Below are positions 1 to 12,129 of a stretch of 64,000 nt of DNA, piece after piece. This DNA comes from the human T2T-CHM13v2.0 reference genome, Homo sapiens, in NCBI RefSeq assembly GCF_009914755.1, contig NC_060925.1. One strand, written 5' to 3'. The notes below the pieces were generated by a model that was not told the DNA's origin, ran no database searches, and saw only the letters and a program-made list of their open reading frames with translations. Each line of letters opens with the position of its first letter. Position 1 is the first letter of the stretch. A program made the translations under genes and the position numbers.

Positions 1-67
1 TTTCTTGTAAATTTGTTTGAGTTCTTTGTAGATTCTGGATATTAGCCCTTTGTCAGATGAGTAGATT
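1..67 (-). mobile_element. 5'-truncated end of a young L1 (L1PA), ORF2 region, antisense; continues left of window
   Basis: tttcttgtaaatttgtttgagttctttgtagattctggatattagccctttgtcagatgagtag matches the reverse complement of L1PA ORF2 3' sequence. Confidence 0.85.
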
Positions 68-200
68 TTTTTAATTTTTTGTAGAGATGGGGGTCTCGCT
101 TTGTTACCCAGGCTAGTCTCGAACTTGTGGGCTCGACTGATTCTCCCGCTTTGGCCTCCCAAAGTGCTGGGATTACAGGAGTGAACCACTGCACGCGACC
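68..200 (-). mobile_element. Alu left monomer (AluJ/FLAM-like)
   Basis: tgtagagatgggggtctcgc...ggcctcccaaagtgctgggattacagg; J-type features; joined to L1 at the A-rich tract. Confidence 0.85.
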
Positions 201-599
201 ACTTATTTCTGTTTTTGATGGGATGCAGGCACCTCTATAGGTAGTGCAAAAATAGGAAAAGGGTTACTTTGGGAAGCCCATTTTAGTGACTGCACTTCCG
301 CCTTCTGTAACTGGAAAATAATGTGCCTTAAATCAAGTGGTACTTCTAAAAGAATGTCTGGCACGATAGAATCAAGAGTGTGCGTGCATGATATTAAGTG
401 GTTGGTATTGTTTACATCTTGGAAGCCAGGAATAGCTCACCATGAGCTTGATAAATTAGGGAAATTGGCAGAAATAACTAGGGGAAAATAAAATAAAGTA
501 TAATAAGAGGTAGAGGCTTAAGGAAATTAGTAATTTTTACTGCTGCTTCAGGGTAAGATATGACACTCAGAAGCCAGAAGCAAAAGGCAGAGATTAAAG

Positions 600-1200
600 A
601 TAGGTTCTGTCTGCTTCAGCGTGACTACAACAGAAAGTCTGGAGGGATTGCAAACCTAAGATGAATACCAGTCAGCAAAACAGTGCTGTTATTTAAAAGC
701 CTAACATGGTAATATATTAACGTAAATATGACATGCCAAGCCCAGGAAGTAAGATTTCGTTTCTACGGCACTGGTGAAGACCTTATTAACGGATAGTGTC
801 TAGTTTTGTTCTCAACACTTTAGGGGAATGTGGCAAAACTGGAGAGAGTCCAACAAAGAGCAACAAAAATGATAAAAAGGTAAGAAAATAAAGGCTGAGA
901 GGAAAGGTTAATAACTAGGATTGTTTAGCCTGAAGGAGCAAGAAGGCTGGAGGGTGACTTAAAATCTGTTTAAATACACGCCTGGCCATTGATAATGAGC
1001 ATGCTGACTAGCTGTTCCTCATGGACCTAATGAGAGAGTGAGGAGAGTGAGGAAGGCAGATTTATACTACAGCCTTAGATTTCTGTTTGATATAGGAAAA
1101 CATTTTTTGAAGGGAGAAGAAAATGTTTTACACAGAAGCACTATATGAAGAGAATTGATGCAATTACTTTTGTTCAGGGTATCTAAGACAGCAACACAAT
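600..1200 (+). mobile_element. L3/CR1 LINE 3' region, highly diverged
   Basis: ctggagagagtccaacaaagagcaacaaaaatgat...gaggaaaggtt...ggattgtttagcctg...gaaggctggagggtgac resembles the CR1 RT C-terminal consensus; boundaries approximate. Confidence 0.7.
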
Positions 1201-1559
1201 GAGCATTTACCTGGTCTTAGAGTCAGGGAGCTGAGCCAGCCATAGAGTTTAGTTAGCCACTTTTACTTTCAGAAGGGATAAATGAAAAAAGGTTTAGTGG
1301 ATATAGTTTATAAGGCTGCTGCCACAGGGGGAAAATCCATTTTTATAGTCATTAAACTCATTTTTCTTGGAAATACAAATACAAAAACTTTCAACTCCAG
1401 TTTTGTATTTGTGATTCGGGTAGAAAAGAAAACAGAGGAAGGTAATTTGGATTTTAATCTCTGCTCTCTCTCTTGCCCTGGTGAGATAGGAAGCTCTAAT
1501 AGTGCCCAATGTTCAACCAAAATATTGGTTTTTGCCCTGGGGCCAGTTCTAGTCTAGAG

Positions 1560-2896
1560 CAGCAGATCTCAAAATGTGGTCCACAAAACCCCTGGGTGTA
1601 GCTGAGATATTTTCAGGAGTCTGCAAGGTCAAAACTATTTTTATATAAACACTAAGATGTTTTTTGTGGTTTCCACTGTAATAATTTTTGCACTGATGAA
1701 GTAAAAGCAACAGAGTATAAAATTGCTGGTGTCCTATTAGGAATTAAGGCAGTACCATCAAACCATAATAGTAGTCATCATATTCTTCACAGATAGATAG
1801 GTTCTTGCTGTAAAAAAAAAAAAAAGTGGTTATTTCACCAAAAAATGTTGTTGAAGCAGCAGTAAGAATTACTAATTTCCTTAGGCCTCTACCTCTTATT
1901 ATATTTCCCTTAATTTTTTTGTGGGCAAAATGGGAAGTATGAAAAACAAATTCTGCTCCACAAGGAAGCATGATGATTGACTCAGGAAAAAGCACGTGGA
2001 TGATGGAGTTGTGAGCTGAACTAGCTGTAGTTTCCATGGAACATCATTTTTACTTAAAAGAATGATTGGCTGACAGACGTGGCTACTTGACAGATGTTTT
2101 CTCAAAAATGAACTAGGTTAACTTGTCATGTCAAGGAAATAATACAGTATCTGTTGACAATGATAAAATCTGAGGTTTCAAGGAAAAATTAGAATTTGGG
2201 AAGAATGGGATTTTGGACAGTTTCCCAATACTTAAATATTTTTCTAATGAGATGGGTGGGGGTATTCATAAGTGTGACTTTTTTTTATTGTGTAAAGAAA
2301 TGTGTCAAGATTTGGAAAATCTATATTGCTCAATGAATCAATATTTTAAACATCACAAATTTATGATGTTACAAAATTATACATGGGTAAAAAGCACATT
2401 CAAAGTGCAAGTTAGTCAAAAGTTTTTAATATTAGAGCAGGAAAAGTTCACCATATGTTTTCAGATTGCACATTGACACTAACCGTAAGACACTAATGTG
2501 ACAAATTATGGTAAATCTCAAAGAAGAATATTAACAGTTATCTGAAAAGGCTATTAAAATATCTCTTCCTTTTCCAACAACATATCAGCATGAGGCCAGA
2601 TTCTCTTTATGTAGTTCAAAACAATATATTGCAAGAGATTAAATGCAAAAGTAGAAATGCTACTTTTCAAAAAATTGTTTTCATTCTGGAAAAAATTTTA
2701 ATAAAAATATGCTGATTATATTCCCATGTTGCAGTTTTTTATTGCGATTTACATAAATATTTTTTAAAATTCTCAAAATTCATCTCCAGTGTAGTAAATA
2801 TTGATAGATATAACTCACATAACCAAAGCTGTTTGGACTCATTAATAAATTTTTAGCATAAGGAATACCTGAGACCAAAAAGTTTGAGAACTGCTG
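1560..2896 (+). mobile_element. hAT-Charlie DNA transposon (Charlie1a-like)
   Basis: TIRs cagcagatctcaaa / tttgagaactgctg; Charlie-type 8-bp target gtctagag / acttagac; decayed LPFPTTYxxEARFS hAT motif near 2560-2605. Confidence 0.85.
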
Positions 2897-3662
2897 ACTT
2901 AGACATTTACTTTATGTCTCATGGTTCTCTAAGTTCTATTATTGGGCTATTATTCTCAACTAGTTTTTTGTTGAGCTAGTATCTTTCCTGTGTAACTATT
3001 TATTGGTAATAGGAGTTATGTTAACTGCTTGGATCATTTTTTCACTGACACTTTATCTTTATGGCATAAGCACTAACTGTACCGTAGCTCCTGGATAAGC
3101 AGGTACCTGGCAAATGCAAAGGTAGTCATCTTACCAGGTGTGTACAGATACAGAATGTCCAGAGGGAAAATAAATGTGAACTCATTTACTGGATACTGTG
3201 CTTATCCATGATACTCAGCTGACTGCAGCCATCCGCTTTTAAGCAGTATGGGATTCCAAGGCATGCCACATTCCTCTGAGCCTATCACCCCATCATGGAG
3301 TTTGTGAGGCTGCACAGCAGTCTCAGTATGACCCACAAGTTATCCACAGGCAAACTTAACAAAGCCAACCACTTCACAAATGGAGAAGATCAAATTCCCT
3401 AGTTATTTACAGATCTTCCAGGTTATATTAGGTGCCATATAAAAACCAGATTGGATTTTTGTTCCACAGTTGACCAAGATTCTACATTTCTTCTCCTCTT
3501 GTATCTGTAGAAATTTGCTGAGTTAATATAAGACTGGTATCTGGATGAAGATGACTTCAAAATATTTGGGGGCCTGATTTTGGACTTTGAGCTTAGGCAG
3601 AGAGTTTTTTAACTATTCAATGAAAATGTCTTTCCAATTATTTTCAAATATTTGATAATAGT

Positions 3663-4050
3663 TGTAGTAGGACAGTTTTCCTAGGAAACTTATTCTGAGA
3701 TGCAAAGTTGCATGCAAATGCTTCATTTCTAGGAACAATATCTATTACAGTAAACAAGACCGGATTGGTCAGAGGGAAAAATTACAAGAGACACCTCAAC
3801 CAATTCCACAAGGATCTTGGGAGCTGGGATGACCCTTTAGAATTGCTTTGAACTGAGGAAAGAGGTTCAGCCCACCAAATCCTGAATTTATCAGTAACTG
3901 AATTTAGGTTACCTCTATCTGGGAAAGAGACTGTAAACCTTTGTGAGGCCAGAGACAGACTCAGCCATAGGGGTCAGTAACTAACATCCCTGGCATCAAG
4001 AGAATGAGTGCTTTAGTTTTGAAGGAGCTGAGTCACATACACTGGTACAA
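3663..4050 (-). mobile_element. Ancient ERVL-type LTR fragment (LTR16/LTR33-like)
   Basis: ttcctaggaaacttattctgagatgcaaagttgcatgc resembles old ERVL LTR ends; weak match. Confidence 0.4.
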
Positions 4051-4524
4051 TGGATATTATGTATTCTGCTTCATTTTCCATTATGAGAAAATTAAATGGT
4101 CTAACGTAAACCTATATTTCCTTAGAATGTTTTCCATGTAATGTAATATTGGTTTTTATTTACTCTAGCAATAAGAAAAAATGTATTAAAAACAAAGGAG
4201 AAATTTTAAAAGGTCCCCTAGAAAAACAACTTTGAAATTGAAGCAAAGACCAACTTGACACATTGATTCAAGGATGCTAAAATGGGAAATCATTTACTTT
4301 TTGAGATTGGCTAGATAATGTTCAAATTTTAGCTCCCCAAATTTCTACTGATACTGTAATGTTATTAAGATTCAACAAACCAGATTGGCTGACTCATTTT
4401 TTAATATTTTCTCAGGACCTGTAATCAAGGGCCACTATTATGGAAAAAGGCAACATATAAAGAATAGAAAGTTAGAACTAGAGGAGACTATCTACCTCAG
4501 CCTCCTTATTTCACAAATAAGAGT

Positions 4525-4760
4525 TAACAGCTGTTTATTGAGTGTGCTTATTATTTCCAATGTTGTGTTATTAAATTACATATATCCTTTCTCTTCCTCA
4601 CATTTCTGCAAGATGGTTGTTATGTTCATTTTACAAATGAGAAAACAGAAACTCACAGAGCTCAGGATATATTCCAGGTCACAAAGCCAAAAAAAAGCCA
4701 AGCTGGAATCAATAGCCAGGTCTGCGTGATTTGACCCTTTAGCCTACACTTAAATACTGA
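4525..4760 (-). mobile_element. MIR SINE
   Basis: core cattttacaaatgagaaaacagaaactcacagag...aggtcaca. Confidence 0.75.
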
Positions 4761-5249
4761 AGTATACTACTTAGGCAGATAACCATAAGATGTTTAGAAA
4801 AAACAACTCAAGAAGAGTGCTGTTATCCCATCTCTAAATTAAGAGCATAAATGTACCAGCAACTTGACTTTGCCATCTGATGGGTTGCTTTTGTGGGTCA
4901 TTGAATGACTTTTGGAAACATATAATATTATAAATTCAGAGACACTTATAATTGCAAATGTCCTCTTACCTCTCTTATCTAAAGTGCTGTCATAAGTCAT
5001 AGCCAAATAAAAAGTTTGCTCTAGATTAAGGGTAATCTTGGTGTCCTGAAGATTCTAATGCTTCTTTTGGCACCACACATTTTAAAGAACTCAGGGAACC
5101 CTGACAAAAGAAATTTGCTTGCTTTTTTTTGTTTGTTTGCTTAGCCTTTCTGTAGTCACAGCAATTGTGTTTTTTCAACAAACCCAATGCTGTGACTGTA
5201 TAATGTCATCGTTTCCTCTTTCTTGCTCATTTATGCCTGTTTTGCTGTG

Positions 5250-5430
5250 ACTTTTAAAAAAGTTATTGAATTCAATTATATAAACAGAAAATGACATTAT
5301 ATATACACTTTAATGGAAATATATTATTCTAAAGTGTATTATACACACAGAAGGGCACATATACCACACATGTACAGTTTGATGAATCTAATTTTCACAA
5401 TTGGAAGATATCTGTGTACCCATCACTTTG
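5250..5430 (-). mobile_element. Old L1 (L1ME-like) 3' fragment
   Basis: tgtacagtttgatgaat...ttttcacaa...tgtgtacccatcac. Confidence 0.5.
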
Positions 5431-5829
5431 TATTCTTTTTCATCAGATGTCTTCTGTATCAGCAGTATTTGGCTTAGAGGGGCAAACGTCACATAATGTG
5501 ATTTGTCTTGTCTTCTTCCCCTACTTTCCACCTCTGTGTAGAAGTAAATGGCCAATAACCTCAGGTTTTATAAAGAGATGAGCAAAGAGTCCTCTTTGAC
5601 TTTATAAAGGTGGGAAGAGCTAAGAATAAAAAGGTAAATTGGGACTGATGGAAGAACTTCAAAATTCCAAGGTGCAAATATATTGTCAGAGAAAAGACTT
5701 AAAAGAGAAAGGGTTAGGAGAAAATTGTGTTAATCTGTTTTGGTAGTACTGGAAAAAGTAATTTCGGAAAGAATAAAAATGTGAGAGATACTGCGGAAAT
5801 TGAAGCAATACAACATGTCAACTCCTGGC

Positions 5830-6930
5830 CATAAGGTGCAGAGAAGAGTAAGGAGGCAAGTACTGCTCCAAAGTTTTAATCTTGGGTATCTAGGAAAATA
5901 TGAATACCACTGAAATGAAATGCGAGCTGGAGAAGGGTGGTACTGGAGAGAATGCAGTGGAAGATTTTAAGACAGTGCAGTGTTAGAAATGTCAATTGCT
6001 TTACAAAGAACAAAAACAGGGAGGGCTGGAAAACTGTCATTGGATTTACTTATTGGAGCAGAAAGCAGATCCCAAGGAGTGAGTAGGTGGCAAGAAAGTG
6101 GAAACAATAAGTGTGAACTACCCTTTCCTTTCAAGAAATTTTACAAAAAAAAAAAAAAAGAAAGAAAGAAAAGAAAAAAGAGAGAGAGAGAGACAAAATC
6201 GCAAAACCAGGTAGTGCTTGGACAAAGGAAAAACTTGTTATGAGGATATGTAGAAAAAGTATGTGATAAAGCCTTAGCAAAAAAGAGGGAAGGCACTGGT
6301 GAAAGGTACAAGTGAAAGGCTTAGCAGGAGAGAGGAGGGCACCTTCTATGAGATCAGAGGGAAAGTTCAGCTTTTACATAGAAGAAAAAGGGAGAAAGCA
6401 AGCATTGGCCTTGACTTTCTCTATGTACTGGGAGATCATATCACATAAGAAACTGAGGGCAGGAAGAAATCTTGGAATTGACACTATAGGGGATACAAAA
6501 GGCTGTAAATCAGCAATGAGAACAAGTACTATCAAGCAGGAAGGAGGGCCCAGCTGATTTTAGGTAGCTTGGAACTGTAGTGGAACCAGTCAACCTGGCT
6601 TTGTGACTTTCATCAGCAATGTTTGGCAGCTTGGGACTGTGGGCTTGGAAGGCAGATGATGTTATTTACCCATTCTTGGGGATTGGAATGGCAGCCCTGG
6701 GGAAAGAGAGTGTGAAAATCTAATAAAGTGGCTGACCCTAGTGTCAAGGCTGGTTAGGCAAGCAAATGAGGCCAGAAGAGGGGCTGATGAACTGAGACAG
6801 TAGTGAGCTACCAAGGGATGGGGAGGGGGTAATAATGAGACTGAGAAACAGATTTCATTAGAAGTGAAGAGATGAGAGACTTCTATTGATAGGAGTTTGT
6901 ACTCAGAGTTTATTGTAGCTTCAATTCAGA
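5830..6930 (-). mobile_element. Degraded L2 LINE, containing an A/GA-rich tract at 6146-6192
   Basis: purine-rich sequence with L2-like segments (gtcattggattt, agtggaaacaataagtgtgaactaccctttcctttcaagaaattt). Confidence 0.5.
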
Positions 6931-7149
6931 TCATTTTAGAAGATAAACAAAATGGACAAATACGATAATACTAAGGTCTGACGATTTGGGGTGGGGGTGG
7001 TTTTACCAAAGTTTATTGTTGTTTGTTTGTTTTAAAGCCAATATTGTATAAACCTGTGCAGATACAATCACAAGAACATTATATCTAATAAGTCTGATGA
7101 TTACCGTCTGCAACAATCTTCAAATTTATAGATGAGTTTTATAAGTTGT

Positions 7150-7705
7150 GAGGCCACTTTCATAAACAAGAATTCCCTTAATCCCTGCAACAAACTATGT
7201 CACTTTCCTTTTGAAGATATTAAAACTGTAGGTTAGAGAAGATCAGTGATTTATCTGAGGTCACAAAGAGAGTGTATTGGCCCATCTACATACGGCTATA
7301 AAGACTGGGTAATTTTTAAAAGAAAGAGATTTAATTGACTCACAGTTCAGCATGGCTGGGGAGGCCTCAGGAAACTCAACAGTCATGGTGGAAGGTGAAG
7401 GGGAAGCAAGGCACCTTCTTCACAAGGCGGCAGGAAGGAGAAGTGCTGAGCAATGGGGAAAGAGCCCCTTATAAAACCATCAGATCTTGTGAGAATTCAC
7501 TATCACAACAACAGCATAGACGAAACTGCACTGCCACCATGATTCAATTACCTCCACCTGGTCTCTCCCTTGACATGTGGGAATTATAGGGATTACCATT
7601 CAAGGTGACATTTGGGTGGGGACACAGAGCCAAACCATATCAGAGAGTAAAAGCAAAGGCAGAAGGGGAAACCCTGGCCAAGACATCTGACTCCAAGGCC
7701 AGAAT
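7150..7705 (-). mobile_element. MIR split by the THE1 LTR
   Basis: gtgatttatctgaggtcaca before the LTR and catctgactccaaggcc after it. Confidence 0.6.
7273..7642 (-). mobile_element. THE1D-like MaLR solo LTR
   Basis: tgtatt...gactcacagttcagcatggctggggaggcctcagg...ccaaaccatatca; perfect 5-bp TSD gagag (7268-7272 / 7643-7647). Confidence 0.92.
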
Positions 7706-8977
7706 TTCTTTAAGTTTGTTGTCTTGGGTCAAAGTTAGGGTTGTGTTATCTGCCTTTGCTTTATAATGCTTCGGTAGTTTCTTTAATGCTCAGAACCTGT
7801 GGACATGAGCTAATTTACACAGCTGGATTTTTCCCAGCTCAAAAATGAATACATGTTCAATTATACTCTCAAATTTTGTAAATATCACCCTTAGTTTGTA
7901 CTTGATAAACAGAGGCAGTATTAATTTTCAGGCATGATTATTTGAGTACATAAAGTTCATCATAAAATTACTTGAAGGCAGAGAAAATAAGAACTGAAAG
8001 ATATTTATATATGATGTTATTGACCTGACTGATGTTAATATAGTAGACACAATATAGATACCACTCCTGTTTTTTTTCTCATTTAGGGGCAGGGCAAGAA
8101 TGCATGGCAAGAAGCAAGTCTTTGTATCTCCACCTGTCAGGGTGGTAGCAGATTATAGAAGAGAGTGAAAATTTGTACCTGTTTTATGCTGGAATATAAG
8201 CTTTCTTCTGACCACTCAGCTTGAGCTGCCTGTCCATAAAATGGAGGGTCAATTTGGAGATAGTCATGGACATGATGGGCTGATGGTGAGAGATATATTG
8301 TCTTGATGTTCTGTGGTTCAGGTCTTGAGTGCTCTATGGCTTTATTCAGTAGCCTTTTTGTTTAGAGGATATTGCATTTAAACTATGCTCAACTGCCTTT
8401 TTTATATCAATAACCACAAAACTGGAGACAATTGCTGTCCTACTGTGGGCACCAAGTGATTGCCACATATCACAGTGATAGTATATGGCACTAATGGTTG
8501 ACCATTTTTAAAGAGTGATTTAAGACAACTTTCCAAATGTCATCATAACCTGGGAATACAGAAAGGTTCAGAGGGTAAAAAGCAGAAAATGTTGGTGATA
8601 TGTAGAGATTTCTGGGTCATGATGATGTCTGATAAATTATCCTGAATAACTAGAATATTAACACTAGCTCTTTGTTACCTCTTACATATCACTCTAGCTA
8701 ATATTTCTTCCTTTCTGCTGGATAGCGAAAAAATTGCTTTGCTGAACATCATATTTCAATGTTGCCAGCTTTTCATTTTGTGAATTTGTCAATAGCACGG
8801 ATCAAGTCAAATTACTGTTAATTAAATCTCAGAGGGACATCTTTAAGTTCTTGGTGTTGTACTTTCACTGCTGACAGCTTTTATTATCTAGAACATTTAA
8901 TATTATAAAGGTACGTAGAGCCTAGAGGAATTAATACAAATGAAATGTGATGAAAGACCACAGGAAACATGGAAAGC

Positions 8978-9220
8978 AATATATATATATACATATATAG
9001 CAATATATATACTGATACAGCAATATATATAGCAATATATACATACATATATACATACATGTATACATATGCTATATATATACATATATACACACATATA
9101 TACATATTGCTATATATATGCACTCATATTTACATATATGTACATATATGTATATATACATATATAGCTATATATATAGCAATATATATACGTGTGTGTG
9201 TGTGTGTGTATATATATATG
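8978..9220. repeat. Compound (TA)n/(TACA)n/(TG)n microsatellite
   Basis: direct reading of the sequence. Confidence 0.95.
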
Positions 9221-9874
9221 AATGTGAGGCATGAGATAGGGAAGAGTCAAATAAAATGTAAAGAGTGACTGGTAACCATCTGAGCCAAAGTAGTAACTAA
9301 CCAGATATGACTTGATGATGCATTTTATGTAAAATTGAATGTCTAGTATTCATCAGCAGTTTAGGAAACCTTATATACTTGTCATTATTATTTATTCACA
9401 CTCATGGAAGTAAAGAGTGGTAAATTTGTTCTTCAGTAAACTTTCAATTTCTTCTCTTGAATTAACTTTTATATTCCATTGAGTTTTCTGTGTTTGCCTG
9501 AGTGAGAAAATCTGAAGTGGACAAATTACTCCCACTGAATTGGAATAAGTAAAAGACACATCAAACTTAATTGGGAATTGGTCTTACTTCTCTGGGCCTC
9601 CCTTATTGATAGAGAACATTTGGACTTGTTAATCTCTGCCCTTCTAACATCAAAGCTCGCTGACATATTATTCCAATCATCCGCACTCAATCCACGTGAC
9701 AATGTGAATAAGCAATTTCTTAAAAGCCAAGATGTAGAGGGTTTAAACATCAGCAGTTTGGTCCATTTGGGATACCTGCCTGGATGAAATAATCAGAATT
9801 GTCCTGATTTAAATTTATTTTTAAATAAATTGAAGCTCTATTCAATGGCAATAGTCTTTGAAGCTCTAAAAATA

Positions 9875-9970
9875 CATTGTTTCTGGGTTCATTTGCCTCA
9901 TCTGTAAAGTTGGAGTTTTGTGTTAGGTGATATCCAAATCTCCTTCTAGTTCTGAAATGTCTATGAGCCT
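9875..9970 (+). mobile_element. MIR3/MIR 3' fragment
   Basis: cctcatctgtaaagttgg...tccttctagttctgaaatgtctatga. Confidence 0.6.
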
Positions 9971-11283
9971 GAAAACTGTTTTTTTTTCTTTTTAAATGAT
10001 GATTTCAACCATACTCAATTTTGTGGTTTTCCCCCCCTTTAAACGAGAGAATTACATGAGTTAAGATTTAGAGTTTTGTAACATGATAATTTTAGTCAAC
10101 CATCAACTTATTTTTGATTGCTTAATCGTGGCATGATAGATACTAAACAACTGAATCTTTTCATCCTACTTTTCTGCTGGATATTTTGATAACCTATAAT
10201 TAGTTTTAGAACCAATGTAAATAGTAAAAACTGGAAAAAAAGTAAAATTAGTTAAGTAATAATATATATCATGGTAGGTTTTTAATGAAATCTCTTTTCA
10301 ATTTAAAGTTAAAACAATTTTGAAAAATAAACATTTGAGAAAATAACTATTGTGTGGTTGTGTGTTTATATCATATTAATAATGAAGTACATATAATCTC
10401 AGTATTAGTTGATGTGTCTATTTGCTTAATGGCACGTATGAGATGATAGTTAAATGGCAGCTTTGAATTGTGTTTTCTTTCTTCAGCATTGCTTTAGGGT
10501 ACTTGTCTTTTAACAATTCTGATGGTCACAATAATTAAAGTTAGCAGCAAAGTCTCCTGGAAAGGGTGAGTACCAATGGAAAAAAGATAATATTTTCTAA
10601 GAATTTCTGGGAAGTGCTATGCTAATTAGGAAATTCATTTAACAATATAGTGATAGAGTGAAGTTAATGCTATACATCACATTGAAGAAAAGATGAAATT
10701 AATATTATTATTTAAATAAGGGTATTCAGCCTAAGTGAACATTCTTGATAATTTTAAGGTGTTTTGATTCTTAAATTTTAAGAATTAGACAAAATGGGAA
10801 TTTAAAAAACGCTTTTTCAAAGATTTTGCATCACTGCTTAGTTTCTATTAACTTGTTTAAGTTTGTAATCGAGTATTTTTAAGTGCATAGCTATTGGTAT
10901 ACTATACATTTTTCTTCTTTTAGTTTGTTAAGATGTGCTTTACGTTCAAATACTATGATTTAGGTTTTTAAAGACAGCTATTAAATTATAATTACAATTA
11001 AAATTTCCAAACGGTTTTGCTATAGCCTTAGAGTGGTAGGTTAGTATGTATGTACTTTTTCTGAGAAATTGTATCTAAACTCATTAAACACTTGCACACA
11101 CGTATTCATTTTTACACAGTAATACATACATATATGACATATATACACACATACATTGTACTTGAGTTTTTAGGACTTATTTTATGTATTTGGAAGCTAC
11201 AAAATATACTAAAAACACCTATTTATGACTATAAAGGTTGTATTTTAATAAGTACTAATATAATACTAAAATGCTATAAAATA

Positions 11284-11564
11284 GGCCAGGCATGTAATCC
11301 CAACTATAATGCTGTAAAATAGGCTCACGCTGGTAATCCCAGCACTTTGGGAGGCCAGGCAAGTGGATCACTTCAGTTCAGGAGTTTGAGACCAGACTGG
11401 CCAACATGGCAAAACCCCGTCTCTACTAAAAATGGATGTCTGTAACCCCAGCTACTCAGGAGGCTGAGGCAGGAGAATCACTTGGACCCAGGAGGCGGAG
11501 GTTGCAGTGAGCTGAGATCATGCCACCGCACTACAGCCTAGGAGACAGGGCGAGACTCTGTCTC

Positions 11565-11591
<27 letters not shown>
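11284..11591 (+). mobile_element. AluS with a rearranged 5' end and an internal deletion
   Basis: Alu body, long poly-A, TSD gctataaaat; missing linker/right-arm start near 11433. Confidence 0.92.
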
Positions 11592-11595
<4 letters not shown>

Positions 11596-12071
11596 TAAAA
11601 TGTTAAAGCATGTGTATGTTTCATACATGATGCTTTAGTAATCAGTCTGGAAATATATAATACTTATAACACAGTAAATGTCCATTTTCAGATTTTTTTA
11701 ACTTTACTATATTTGGTTATCTTAAACTGAATGACATTTCAACATAGTTCATTGCACTGAAAATATAAACTAGTTGGTGCCATGGTGCCATCAGTTTCAA
11801 TTTAGCAATCATGATGTTGCTTCAGCTAGCAGCAAACTTCTAATGGTCCAAGCATCAATTTTGTCCTTTTAATTTATTAAAATGAATTGCTCCGAAAAGA
11901 TATTAAATGAGAATGTGCCCTGGGGTGCATATTCAACACTTTGTGGAGTATTATAAACTAAACATAAGGTAGTCAATGATTTTTACTTAGCAATATTTCA
12001 TTTTTGTATGATTGCTAATAACTGAGTATTTACTACAATATCACTATGTAGTGGTAGATGGTGGACCTGTG

Positions 12072-12129
12072 TATGATACAAAAAGCTCTAAATATGATAC
12101 AAAAAGCTCTAAATACAAAAAGCTCTAAA
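12072..12129. repeat. 21-bp tandem repeat, about 2.8 copies
   Basis: tatgatacaaaaagctctaaa x2 plus tacaaaaagctctaaa. Confidence 0.95.

Noticed and set aside
8884-9268. Y/I/M-rich ORFs
   Set aside because: Translation of a (TA)n microsatellite
12072-12129. Short direct repeats as a CRISPR-like array
   Set aside because: No spacers, eukaryotic context, simple tandem slippage
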